Assembly: GCF_006345805.1 (NCBI RefSeq)
Contig: NC_042998.1
Span: 39,990,001-40,054,000, forward strand
Length of the DNA: 64,000 nt
Direction of reading: 5' to 3'
DNA from: Octopus sinensis
Lineage: Eukaryota
In this document: positions 37,126-49,957 of the stretch, piece after piece
Position numbering within the stretch: the stretch's first letter is position 1
Layout: each line of letters begins with the position of its first letter
Notes under the pieces: model-generated
Databases searched by the model: none
The model's input: the letters and a program-made list of their open reading frames with translations, nothing else
What the model was told of the DNA's origin: nothing
Translations under genes and position numbers: made by a program

Positions 37126-38306
37126 CTGTAAAGATATAATTATAAGGTTTTATAGACGAATGAATGAAACAAAAACCCAAATTGCTACAATTTTAGAAAT
37201 AAATTGATAAAACACCAATTACCAATAGAAATATAATAAAACAATGATTATATTTCACTGTCTCGCACAAGTGAAGAGTATCTAGATAAGAAAACTCCTT
37301 TTTAAGTAATTCATGTATATGTTCGCATTATTAACAAGTGTGGAAGTCAATTCTCTTTTAGTTGTTGCAGTCACTGGACCATGGCCATGCTTGGGCATCA
37401 TCTAGAAGAGTTTAATTCAACAAATAAACCCTAATACTTATTTTAAAATCTGGTACTTATTCTGTCAATCACTTTTACCAACCCATTAAGTTGTGGGGAC
37501 ATAAACAAACCATCACTGGTTGTCAAGTAGTTGTGGGGGACAAAAACACAAAGACATACACATGCCGTGCCTCCTTATAGTTTCCATCTACCAAATTCAC
37601 TCACAAAGCATCGGTTGGTCCGTGACTATAAAAGAAGACAATTTCCCTAGGTGCTGCACAGTGGGAATGAACCTGAAAGTTGCAAAGTTAGCTTTGTAGC
37701 CACTCAGCCATGTTTGTGCCTGGTTATATATTTTACTTCTATCTTTTACTTGTTTCAATCATCAGACTGAGACCATGCTGGGGCACCGCCTTGAAGAATT
37801 TTTAGTCAAATGAATTAACCCGTGCTTATTTTTTTCTGTTAAGCCTGGTATTATCCTATCGGTCTCCTTTGCTGAACAGTTAAGTTACAGTGACGTAAGC
37901 ACACCAACACCAGTTGTCAAGCAGTAGCAGTGGGGAACAGACACAAACACACATACATTATGGGCTTCTTTCAGTTTCCGTCTACCAAATCCATTCACAA
38001 GGCTTTGGTTGGTCCAAGGCTATGGTAGAAGATACCTGCACAAGGAAATCTGTAAAATTTTATCTGATCTCATTCTCTTTTACATTTAAATTATTGTTAT
38101 AGAGAATTCATTTCCATCAGCCAACAAGGAGTCCAAGTACAACAAAATATACTGACCGAGCTACACCTTTCCCATCTCCCACAGGAGAATCTAAAAGGAA
38201 TACGGGAATAATTAATTTAAAAAAAAAAAATTCTAAACCAGTATTTTAGCTTTATATTACATTTATCCAGTGTAAATTAATATTTCACAATTAAACATTT
38301 AATTAC

Positions 38307-38501
38307 CTTTACAATTAAATCCTCTTTAGCTCCTGGAGCCATATTGAAGTACACAATTTCAGGACTCAATTTGGTGGGCATTCGATTATACATATAGAAG
38401 CAAGTTTTCATGAGTTTCTTGGCCAGTTCTAAATGATCATCTCCAAGGCCATGCATGTAACCAAGGGCCAATGTTCCAGGGAGGTAGCATAAAAGATGGT
38501 C
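38307..38501 (-). CDS. MAN1B1: GH47 mannosidase exon (195 nt, phase 0-0)
   Basis: ttattacag|DHLLCYLPGTLALG...LSPEIVYFN...DLIVK|gtaatt. Confidence 0.95.
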
Positions 38502-39109
38502 CTGTAATAAAAGAAATTATACTTTAACTTTTTAGCATTCTGATTACTTTGTCAAATGTAATGTTCATTTATTCATATTACTTTGAATTAATCGTGCATT
38601 ATTTCATAGCTTTGAGATTTCAACGTTGTGATTATTTATACTTTGAAAGTCACTGTAGGTTAGGTGTGAGAGGCCAGATATGGCTAACTTGAACATAAAA
38701 GAGGTAGAGCCAATACACTTTCAACCAATATATATTTTATTGAATGTTTCTAAACTTCATTATTCAAGAGCTTAAGTCTTTTGCATTTAAACCAGTCATA
38801 TCCAGCCCAAATACTCTATCTCTTCTATGTTGAAGCTAGCCATAGCCAACCCAAATATTCAGAGAGCCAGAATTAAATATATTAAGCATTGCACCTGACA
38901 CTCCAAACAACTCTGTTAATTCACAACCAACATAAGATATGCAGGTGAGTTCAAGTCTCACAATAACTACAGCCGTATCAGAGATTTTCAATCATCAAAT
39001 TAATTGCAAATAACACCTAATATAAATAACATTGAAAGTGAATTATCACTATGTTATGTTGATTAAATCCAGCCAACTCCAGAGATAGAGCAAGTTTCAA
39101 TACACTGTT

Positions 39110-39550
39110 GGTGCTGGTTTGGCTGTGGTAAAAAGTTAGCTTCCCAATCACATGATTTTGGGTCCAGTGCCATTGTGAGGTGCTTTGAGCAACTGTCTTC
39201 TATTATAACCCTGGGCTGACTAAAACGTTATGAGTGGGTAGGTATAGAAGACGGAACTAAAAGAAGGCCATCATATATATTATATATGCATATGTGTGTG
39301 TGTGTGTGTGTGTTACTGTCACCTTGCCTTGACATCACATGATAGTTGTAAACAAATGTTTCTGTCATGCAGTGTCCTTTGTTTCCAATCTTCTGTGAAA
39401 ACATCTGGTCATGGTGAAATAGTACCATACTTGAATAAAAGTGAAGGTTGGCAACAGGAAGTGCCTCTGACTGGAAAATCTGCCTCATCAAATTCTATTT
39501 GACCCATGTAAACATGGAAAAATGGATGTTAGAACAATGATGATGATAAT
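39110..39550 (+). mobile_element. Composite SINE: tRNA head, microsatellite hinge, body type B ending in the RTE tail
   Basis: Head homologous to 3631-3790; ends cccatgtaaacatggaaaaatggatgttagaacaatgatgatgat like the RTE 3' end. Confidence 0.65.
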
Positions 39551-39652
39551 GTAGAAAAAGAGTCACTTGTTAGAGATTATAAGAGAACATCAACAAAAAG
39601 AAAAGTTTGCATTAGACTAAACAGAAATCAAAATATAATATATCCAGCTTAC

Positions 39653-39776
39653 CATTTTCGGACTAAAATGTCGACCACCAAGCAGTTCCCCCAAATACAC
39701 TAATTTGCTAGGTTCTGACATTTTCATGAGGTGAAGCTGCATTCCTTTCACTGCCTCTAAGTAATCATCTTTGAAA
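39653..39776 (-). CDS. MAN1B1: GH47 mannosidase exon (124 nt, phase 2-0)
   Basis: ttctcaacag|...FKDDYLEAVKGMQLHL...SEPSKLVYLGEL...FSPKM|gtaagc. Confidence 0.95.
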
Positions 39777-40343
39777 CTGTTGAGAAACAGAATTTCGAAT
39801 GAAGAAAATTCTTTTAGTATCCAGCAATAAATAAAATAAATATCAGATTTTAATTTACAAAATAATAACTGATCTCTTACATAGGTACAAGGTCTCAGAT
39901 TTATTCTAGGGCATAAATGAGAGTGTGGGATCTTCATGCTTTTTTTAAAACTATCATAAGCATAAAGGAAATTCAAGCAATGGTAATAGAATTGAAAATA
40001 GGGTCTGCATCTAATACAGCCAAAACACACAAGAAACTCAACTAAATTCTTTAGCATTCAGATTATTCTATCAAATATAATGCTTATTATTCAGGAAACA
40101 GCAGGGCTGCATAAACCATAAACTTTTGAAGTAGACATTATTTTTAATTATAAATAATGATTAAGAAGAGGAAAAAATAATTTGGATTAAATTATGTACA
40201 GTATGTATCTTCTCCAGTCATTACTTGATATTTTTTATAAATATTATTTTCAAATTCATCACAAGCTAGACAGAGGCTCTGTTGAGAGTGTATAATGTTT
40301 ATAAGTAGACTTTCTTAAAAATAAAGATACAAATTTAACATAC

Positions 40344-40531
40344 GTGTTATTAATTTTTCCTGTTTGTAACCACTGTTTTAGTAGATATTCATAGTAACTG
40401 TCCCCACGTGCACCAAGTGTAATTGTAGCAGTGTTTCGAAAAATACCAGTTTGAGCATTAATAAATATTGGTACTAAGCCATCTTTCTTTGGTTGCCGAT
40501 GAATATGATTAGATACTTCACTTGCAGCCAC
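40344..40531 (-). CDS. MAN1B1: GH47 mannosidase exon (188 nt, phase 0-2)
   Basis: accctctag|[11 protein letters not shown]...DGLVPIFIN...[17 protein letters not shown]...|gtatgt; contains the catalytic Asp motif. Confidence 0.95.
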
Positions 40532-40829
40532 CTAGAGGGTGAAAAATTAAAATAAACTAGGTTTTCTATTCATGATTTAAAAATTATGCGTCTGAAATAC
40601 AAAATCGAATTTCAAAAAATGCACTGTATATCTGTTTTATATATTCTAGATGTGAGTAGTTTATGAAAGGTTAGTTAATCTTTAATAATAATAATAATAA
40701 TAATAAAAAAAGGACTAATTGAAGTATATTTTACTCTGAAAACAATAAAAAATAACAGGTTATGAACAAATTCTCATACAGATCAATTGTTGGCAGTAAT
40801 TGAGGTAGAGTATGTGAAAGAATAATTAA

Positions 40830-43450
40830 GCTTAGTTATAAACAACATGATAGCAACAGTGATCTTTGCACTACAATCAGAACTGACAGATGAGCAAAAG
40901 GCCTGTTTCAATGAGGTTTTCCTACAGACTACCTGGATAACAGATGACAGCAATCTCATTATCAATGCTGACCTTAATGTTGGGCAACACCATGATGGCT
41001 ATTCCAATGTACATGGAGGCTGTGGATATGGCACAAGGGCAAAGAATGAAGAGAAATCAAAGTAAGACTAGTGATTAGCAGCATGAAGGTAAGAATTAGA
41101 AAGATTGATAGATACTAGATAATACTGAGAAGGGAAGTATGGACACTTAAAGATCCTTGGTCATACAGAAATTCAAGGAAATAATAAGCAACACCAACAA
41201 TGAAGAGGGAGAAAGATAGAGGCTTATGGCATAGAAGACAACTGAGAGTTTCTACAAAACAACTTGCTGTGAGCCAAAGGCCAAATCTGTTGAAAGAAGT
41301 TTCCAGCCAGGTGGAAATTTATAATAAATAGTCATAAGAGCTAAGAGACATATGGAAAGAATAGAAGAAAAAATAGAGCAAACACTGGTAAATAGCTACA
41401 AGAGAAGCTAGGCGCCAGGTGTACTTAGTAAGGAATGAAATGGAAAGCAGAATAAACACACTTTTGAATTTCATTTGCTGGTTGTAAAGCACAGTGGCTT
41501 CAGAGTTTCATTTGTTCATTTTCCATGCTAGCATGGGTCAAACAAATACATTAGTGAGATCTTGTTTTTACAGCTGGATATCTTGTCTGTCACTAACCCT
41601 CACCTGTTTTTCAAGTAAGGAATTTATTTCACATCTTCAAAGGTGTGAAGAGAGTGGGCTAGTTGTTGACAGGTGTGTCAACAACACTGTTCATAGCAAG
41701 CAACTCCCATAGAGCTCTAATGTAAACACACTCACACAAAACAGGTTTTTTCAGTCTACTCTTATCAAATTTACTCACAAGGATTTAGTTGGCTTGGTCC
41801 TATAGTAGAATAGACTTGTCCAAGCTACTGTGCAGTTTATTAGAACTATATCCAAAACTGTAGTAATCAAATATACAGAGAGAGAAGATCAGAAATGTGA
41901 GGTGTTCCAGTATGATCAAGATGTCATTGGTGAAGTGTGCACAGGATGTCAGTGGTACACTCACCCTCATGGATACCAAGAAAAAGAAGTAAGGAATGCT
42001 CTATAAAACTCCACCCTGTGAAAACCCAACAAAGGAACCAGCTACTGAACAATGAAGCCTTTATGGTCAAATGGGCCAAGCACAGAAAAGTAGGGAAATC
42101 ATCTGGACCATCAGCGACAGTTGCTTAGTCTTTGACAATATCAGGCAAAATTGTAAATGCAGTAGTCATTCACACAGTTAATGATTTAGTAGAGGAAGGT
42201 GACATTCTCAATGATTTATGTGACAGTTATCATCTACAGCTGTGGACAAAGAAAGAATCAACAACAGAGGCATTTAGTTATGGGTCAATTATGAAAGTAA
42301 GAGAAAAGATATAGCACAGCTAATTACGAAGAAAATTAGCTTAGAAAAGATACTTATACAGATTTGTGTATGAACAGCATACTACTGATGCCTTCTTATC
42401 TAAGTCACTATGCCTAGCATTTGCTTACTTAGAGAAAGCCATCAAGAAGGTTCCCCTCTATGTAATCTAGTGGTCACATGACTTGTGAGAAATGTGCAAG
42501 CTATGGACAGGGGTGCTGTTAACAAGTTGGCAGCAACATGTTCAATAAAGATTTAGTATGCAGGTAAGTGTCCATCGAAGAACCAGGCCATAAGAGAGAC
42601 ATTCAAGTTTAGCTGTTCATAGGAATTCTTGTATGCTACTTACCTAGTTTTCAAAACTGAATAAGTCATAGAATTTAAAGAAAATGTTCCAAATATGGAA
42701 GTTGAACCTAGAAACAAGAAATCCAAAAAGTAAACCTACCTAAGAAAAATTTCTTAGCAAAGAATATATAACTCTACTACCACCTGAAAAGTGGCTATAC
42801 TCAATATGCAGGAAAAGGGCTACAATCATCCATAGTAAATTATGACTGCACAAGTGATGCAATGGGTTCACATGCAGAATAGGACTTCATGGGTTGTAGA
42901 TGTACAAAGAAAAGTTAGCTAGGCAATGATTTCTGTTTCTTAGGCAACTTCATCAGCTGTGAAATTGGATGCTCTGAAAGCACAATAATCAGAGTGCAAA
43001 GAATTTAGGGAGATGTTATTTCTGCTGGGTGTGAAACAGACTGTAAGATGTTTGGTTATAGAGTCCAATATTGCATGGCAGCAAAACATGGTAACTGAAT
43101 GCTGAGGATATGCGAAGGCTGGAAAGAAATAATGTGAGCATACTCTGCTAGATGTGTAATGTTAGCATGCATGACTAATGGAGAACAAATGAGCAAATGG
43201 AATAACTGAGTCTAAGAGGATTCAGCTGTAGTGTACTAGAAAGAAGACCGCATTGGTATAGACATGTGATGTATGAGGAAGATGACAGATGACTAACAAA
43301 ATACCAAGTAATCCAAGTGGAAAGAACTTGCAGAAGGTGAAAACTGAAAAAGACATGGGAAGATGTGGTGAAGGTTGATTGCAAAATGTTGAACTTCATA
43401 AAGGACAGGATGGATAATACATTGTGAAATACTCTGCTGGAGAAGGCCCA
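40830..43450 (+). mobile_element. Old fragmented RTE LINE of the same family as 45682-49335
   Basis: Collinear relics: EN (HHDGYSNVHGGCGYG), GKSSGPS, RT (AFAYLEKA), PHD remnant (KWLYSICRK) and C-terminus; interrupted by younger SINE pieces. Confidence 0.7.
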
Positions 43451-44161
43451 AATCCATCCAAACCACAAAAGCATGGGAAAAGGTATGCAAAATGATGATG
43501 ACATTTCATTAGAAGTGCTGTCTCTTTTGGTTGCCATACATTTTTGCATTTTTTTAAAAACATCATTATTATTATTATTTTACATTTGATTTCCATACTG
43601 CCTTGTCATAGATCAAGTAAGTTCTCATTCAGAATTAATACTTTATTTGGTATGGTTTCAATAACTATAAATCCTTCTTAACATCAACCACTTTACAGAG
43701 TGTATAGGGTGCATTTTATTGTGACACCAGAACTAGAGACATTGTCATGTCCTTGGCAAGACAAAAAGTCCTTTCAATTTACAATGTTTCTGTTCATATG
43801 CCATCCCCTTTTCAGAATGTGTTATATGCATTTTGTTGTAGAACTAGCACTTGAGAGGTTGCTTTATATCCTGCAAGGCAGATAGGGTCTTCACTGCTCT
43901 AAACTGTTTCTATTTGTTCAGGGCAACATGAACAATAGAGAAGATAGCAGAGAGGGTGATTGCAGAAAATGAACTGGAGTGAGGAGAAAAGGAGAGTGAA
44001 TAAAAGTGGAAGCAGAGTGATTGGAGTAATAGTGTGAAAGTGGAGGGAGAAATGGGAGATAGAGTTAGAAAAGTAATGAAGAGAGGGCAATAAAGGCTTA
44101 TAGTAATGGGGGAAAGAAACTAATTGCAGCGACAAGTTTGCATGCAAAACAGAATAAACTG

Positions 44162-44196
<35 letters not shown>

Positions 44197-44262
44197 TAGA
44201 AGAGTGTGATAGTAAAGGCAAAGTGTGATGAGAGAGACAGTAATGGGAAAGACACAAACAGC

Positions 44263-44598
44263 AGCTATATGGCTCAGTGGTTAGAGTATTAGGCTCTCAA
44301 TCATGAGGTAGTGAGTTCAATTCCTGGACTGGGCTGTGTGTTGTGTTCTTGAACAAGACACTTTATTTCACACTGCTCCAGTTCACTCAGCTGTAGAAAT
44401 GAGTTGCCAAGTCACTGGTACCAAGCTGTATTGGCCTTTGCCTTTCCCTTGGATAACATCAGTAGCATGAAGAGGGGAGGCTGGTATGCATGGGTGACTG
44501 CTGGTCTTCCATAAACAACCTTACCTGGACTTGTGCCTCAGAAGGGAACCTTCTAGGTGCAATCCCATGGTCATTCATGACTGAAGGGGGTCTTTATA
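44263..44598 (+). mobile_element. tRNA-head SINE with CORE-like domain
   Basis: ggctcagtggttagag...gagttcaattcc box A/B head, then ttgaacaagacactttatttcacactgctccagttcactcagctgtagaaatgag. Confidence 0.7.
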
Positions 44599-45681
44599 TT
44601 AGCAGGAAAAAGACAGGGACTGAATGAGGGATGACCATAGAAAGAGGCAGTTCTAAGAAAGCATGCTGGATGTTGGTAGTCAGGTGGAAAGGGAGGAAAA
44701 AGGAGGAGGTGCATTGGATACCAGTAGGTCCATCATTTAGACATCATGATGAGGGAGAGACACATATTATCAACTACACGTTTGCTGAAAAGAGAAAGCG
44801 AGGGCTAAGTATTGAATAGTTGTAGAGATTATTGGTGGTATGAGAAGGTGGTGGATGAATAGGAGGGGGGAAAGAGGTGACAGAAAGACGAGGTGGGGGC
44901 TATTGCATAGACAAGGGAGGAGGACAGCAGATGGAGACTTAGCTGGTACAAAATGGAAGAAAGGCCTTGATATAGATAAATATATTATTTATCCCAGCCT
45001 CCATCATGACCTCATTTTAACATACGTTTTTGCCATACTTGCACAGGTGGACAGGTCTGCTCCAGCATTGAATGTCACCGACCATCAGAGTTCTTTGTCA
45101 CCTCGTTTGTGAGATGCAATATCTTGAGATCATTCTTCACTGTTTCATGAATATCTATCAGCAAATGACACATGCTCATTATTGCTTGGTTTTGTTTGCA
45201 GAAATTCATAAAGACTAGTAATTAAAACCTATGTCTTTCTATGTACATTCATGAGTGTGTTGGTGTATGTGTGTGTGTGTAATATCTATATGAGGGTGTA
45301 TATCTAAATATTGTTTCCAGTGTTTATATAAGTAGACACAAATACATTAATTTATTTAGACAAATAAAAATTAGGTTCATAAATTAACAAAAAGATAGGT
45401 GGATATATTCACAAACAGAAGCCAAATTTTAATGTCTACGCTGTCAAACAATTGTTCTACTTACAAAGCATACTTTCCTTAAAGAGAAAGGAAACTGGAA
45501 ACTCTGAGTAACAGTTTTTGTGATATTTTTGCTGCTTTTTAATAAAGCATATTACTCTACCTCTGGTATTTGAGGACTATTTTTTCCACCTTGTTTTGCA
45601 TGTATGTGCTTACTCTGGTATAGACACACATATGTATATTATATATATAGATGTATATTATATCATATCATATTATATATA

Positions 45682-48600
45682 TCAGGGTCTCTAGAGCCCA
45701 TGCCTCCCACACCCTCAGGGTTGGCACCCTCAACGTTGGCACTCTGAAAGGTAGGTCTGGTGAGATAGTCGAGATGCTTGAACGGAGATGTGTGGATATA
45801 TGTTGCATGCAAGAAATAAGGTGGAGAGGAGGATCAGCTAGGTTCCTCACAGGCAAGGAACGCAGGTACAAGATTTTCTGGACAGGGAACACTGACGGGG
45901 TTGGTGGCGTGGTATACTTATCGCTGAGAAATGGGTAGATAAAGTAATTGAGGTAATCAGAGTATGTGACAGAATACTTAAGATTAGATTAGTGCTTCAT
46001 CATAGTTTAGCAACCATTATATCAGCCTATGCTCCTCAGTCGGGGCTACCCGATGGACAGAAAGACCGATTCTATGACACTCTACTGCAGACTACCTCGT
46101 TGACGAACGACAGAGACCTTATCTTTGTGGCTGGTGACTTCAATGGTCACGTTGGACGACATGCTGGGGGCTTCCATGGCGTACATGGAGGCTATGGCTA
46201 TGGCTCCCGCAACGAGGAGGGAACCAGGCTGCTGGAGTTCTGCGATGCAAATAATCTTATGATTTGCAACACTAACTTCAGGAAACCTACCAGCCACCTA
46301 GTCACTTACCAATCGGGCCAACATACCAGCCAAATTGACTACATCCTTACAAGGCAAAGGGAGAGATGGCTGCTTATAAATGCCAAAACCTTCCCAGGTG
46401 AAGAATGTACCCCACAACATAGACTGGTAGTTAGTGACTTTAGGATCAGGACTAGGAGGACAACCAGAAGACGACAAATATGGAGAAGAAGGATCTGGAA
46501 GCTTAAAGATCCTGCAAATGGACAGAGATTTAGGGACATATTACTTGAAGCCTCTGACGAAGTAGAAGGGGATAGAGCATCACAGGGGGTAGAAGACAGC
46601 TGGACGTTTCTAAGGGACAACTTGCTGAGAGCCACTGACCAGATCTGTGGCTGGTGCAAAGTCCCCTCTCGACCTAGAATAACGTGGTGGTGGAACAATA
46701 TTGTAGACAGGGCTATTAGAGAAAAGAGACAGGCTTGGAAGGTCTGGAAAAATGGGGGTAGCAGGGGATTGTATCAGACTGCCAAAAGAGAAGCTAGGAG
46801 ACAGGTTTATTTAGCCAGAGGGGAAGCAGATAAGAAAAAATTTGCCAATGTTCTGCGCCGTGAGGACCAAAGACTGGAGGTGTTTCATGTTGCAAGACAG
46901 TGTGTGAGAGAGAATCGTGATGTGGTAGGAGAGAAGTGTGTTCGCATGGAAGATGGTTCACTTGCGCTAAATGAGGATGCAAAGAGAGAGGTTTGGAGAT
47001 GCCACTATGAAAGGTTGCTGAATGAAGAAAATGAATGGGATAAAGAGAGTCTGCCAAATGTTGACCCAACAGAGGGACCAGCTATCCGAGTTGATAGTTC
47101 CGTGGTAGCTAAGGCAATTAGAAGCATGAAGACAGGGAAAGCCCCAGGCCCATCAGGAATCACTGCAGAGATGCTCAAAATGTCTGGTAGTGTCGGCTAT
47201 AGCCTAGTCACCCGTATAGTTAATCAGGTGATACACAAAGGGGTCATACCCAATGACTGGTGTAGCAGTATAATAGTCAACTGCTACAAAGGTAAAGGTG
47301 ATGCCCTAGATACAAATAACTACAGAGGTATCAAGCTGTTGGACCAGGTGATGAAGGTTATGGAGAGGGTCATAGCCCAACTAATTAGAGAGAGAGTTAG
47401 TTTAGATGAGATGCAGTTTGGGTTTGTGCCAGGGAAAAGTACTACTGATGCTATATTCCTGGTAAGGCAGCTGCAGGAGAAATACCTAGCCAAAGATAAG
47501 CCCCTGTACCTGGCTTTTGTTGACATGGAGAAAGCCTTCGACAGGGTCCCCCGATCCCTTATCTGGTGGGCAATGAGGAAACTAGGGATAGATGAATGGT
47601 TAGTGAGAGCTGTGCGGGCCATGTACAGGGACGCCGCTAGTAGGGTGAGGGTTGGAAATGTGTACAGTGAAGAATTCCGGGTAGAGGTAGGAGTCCACCA
47701 AGGCTCAGTACTCAGCCCCCTCCTATTTATCATAGTCCTCCAGGCAATAACGGAGGAATTCAAGACAGGATGCCCTTGGGAGCTCCTCTATGCTGATGAC
47801 CTTGCTCTAATTGCTGAGTCGCTATCAGAACTGGAGGAGAAGTTTCAGGTGTGGAAACAAGGATCAGAATCGAAGGGCCTCAGAGTCAATCTAGCTAAAA
47901 CCAAAGTCGTAATCAGTAGGAAGGTAGACAAATCACAAACACCTTCAGGTAGATGGCCCTGCTCGATCTGTAGAAAAGGTGTAGGTAGAAACTCTATAAG
48001 ATGCACCAAGTGTAAGCTATGGACACATAAGAGATGCAGCAATGTCAAAGGAAGGCTAACTAGGAAGATGGTTTTTGTATGTGGCAGATGCTCAGGAACA
48101 ATAAACACTGAAAATGCTCTGAGACCAACTTCCGTCACTTCCAGGGAGAAAAACTAGAAATAGTTGATAGTTTCCGTTACCTAGGTGACCAAGTCAGTAG
48201 CGGGGGCGGGTGTGCTGAAAGTGTAACTGCTAGAGTAAGAATAGCTTGGGCAAAGTTCAGAGAGCTCTTACCTCTACTGGTGACAAAAGGCCTCTCGCAC
48301 AGAGTGAAAGGCAGACTGTATGATGCGTGTGTACGAACAGCCATGCTACATGGCAGTGAAACATGGGCCGTGACTGCTGAGGATATGCGTAAGCTCGCTA
48401 GAAATGAAGCCAGTATGCTCCAATGGATGTGTAATGCCGGTACTCACACTCGGCAGAGTGTAAGTACCTTGAGAGAAAAGCTGGACCTAAGAAGCATCAG
48501 TTGTGGTGTGCAAGAGAGACGTTTGCGCTGGTATGGTCATGTGGCGAGAATGGATGAAGATAGTTGTGTGAAAAAGTGCCACACCCTAGCGGTTGAGGGA

Positions 48601-49335
48601 ACCTGTGGAAGAGGCAGACCCAGGAAAACCTGGGTCGAGGTGGTGAAGCACGACCTTCGAACTTTAGGTCTCACTGAGGAAATGACTAGAGACCGAGACC
48701 TCTGGAAGCGTGCTGTGCGCGAGAAGACCCGGCAGGACAAGTGAGTTCATAACCCGTGGCCTTCTACATGGGATGGAGCCAGCCTACGTATGCATACCTT
48801 CCCTTCTTGGGACACAAAACTCTACTTGTGAAGACGTGATGAGGCAAGTGAGGATCAGAATCGAAATCGATCAATGGAAATTGCGGATGTGCTACCAGTG
48901 CCGGTGGCATGTCAAAACTCTGCTTGTGAAGACCCGTTGAGGCAAGTGACGATCAGAATCGAAATCGATCAATGGAAATTGCAGATGTGTTACCAGTGCC
49001 GGTGGCATGTAAGAGAACTTTCCGTTTCGCGACCGTTGCCAGCACCACCCCGTTTCGTGTCCGTTGCCAGCCTCGCCTGGCCCTCGTGCCGGTGGCACAT
49101 AAAAAGCACCATCCGTTCGTGGCCGTTTGCCAGCTCTGCCTGGCACCAGTGCGGGTGGCATGTAAAAAGCACCCACTACACTCACGGAGTGGTTGGCGTT
49201 AGGAAGGGCATCCAGCCGTAGAAACACTGCCAGATTTGACTGGGCCTGATGAAGCCTTCTGGCTTCACAGACCCCAGTAGAACCGTCCAACCCATGCTAG
49301 CATGGAAAACGGATGCTAAACGATGATGATGATAT
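45682..49335 (+). mobile_element. Near-full-length RTE-clade LINE (APE + RT, PHD-like insertion), antisense in a MAN1B1 intron
   Basis: ORF pieces 45686-45910, 45913-48138 and 48141-48744: TLNVGTL, CMQE, SAYAPQ, GDFNGH, DYI; RT AFVDMEKAFDRV, GVHQGSVLSP, YADD. Two -1 frameshifts; 3' UTR ends in (GAT)n. Confidence 0.95.
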
Positions 49336-49465
49336 GATGACACACACACACACACAGATATGTATATTATATATATATATATACAGATACATATGTACAT
49401 TATATATATATATATATATATATACATACATATGTATATTATAATATACACATGTATATTTTATA

Positions 49466-49867
49466 TATATACTCTTTTACTTGTTTCAGTCATTTGACTG
49501 CGGCCATGCTGGAGCACCGCCTTTAATCGAACAACTCGACCCCAGGACTTATTCTTTTGTAAGCCCAGTACTTATTCTATTGGTCTCTTTTGCCGAACCG
49601 CTAAGTAACAGGGACATAAACACACCAGCATCAGTTGTCAAGCAGTGCTAGGGGGACAAACACAGATACACAAACACACACATGCACACATACATATACA
49701 TATATACGACGGGCTTCTTTCAGTTTCCATCTACCAAATCCACTCACAAGGCTTTGGTCGGTCCGAGGCTATAGTAGAAGACACTTGCCCAAGGTGCCAC
49801 GCAGTGGGACTGAACCTGGAACCATGTGGTTGGTAAACAAGCTACTTACCACACAGCCACACCTGCG

Positions 49868-49868
<1 letters not shown>
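49466..49868 (-). mobile_element. tRNA-head SINE, body type A
   Basis: Reverse complement of the element at 3631-4030. Confidence 0.8.

Positions 49869-49869
<1 letters not shown>

Positions 49870-49954
<85 letters not shown>
49870..49954. repeat. (TA)n microsatellite, about 42 units
   Basis: Pure TA run visible directly. Confidence 0.95.
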
Positions 49955-49957
<3 letters not shown>

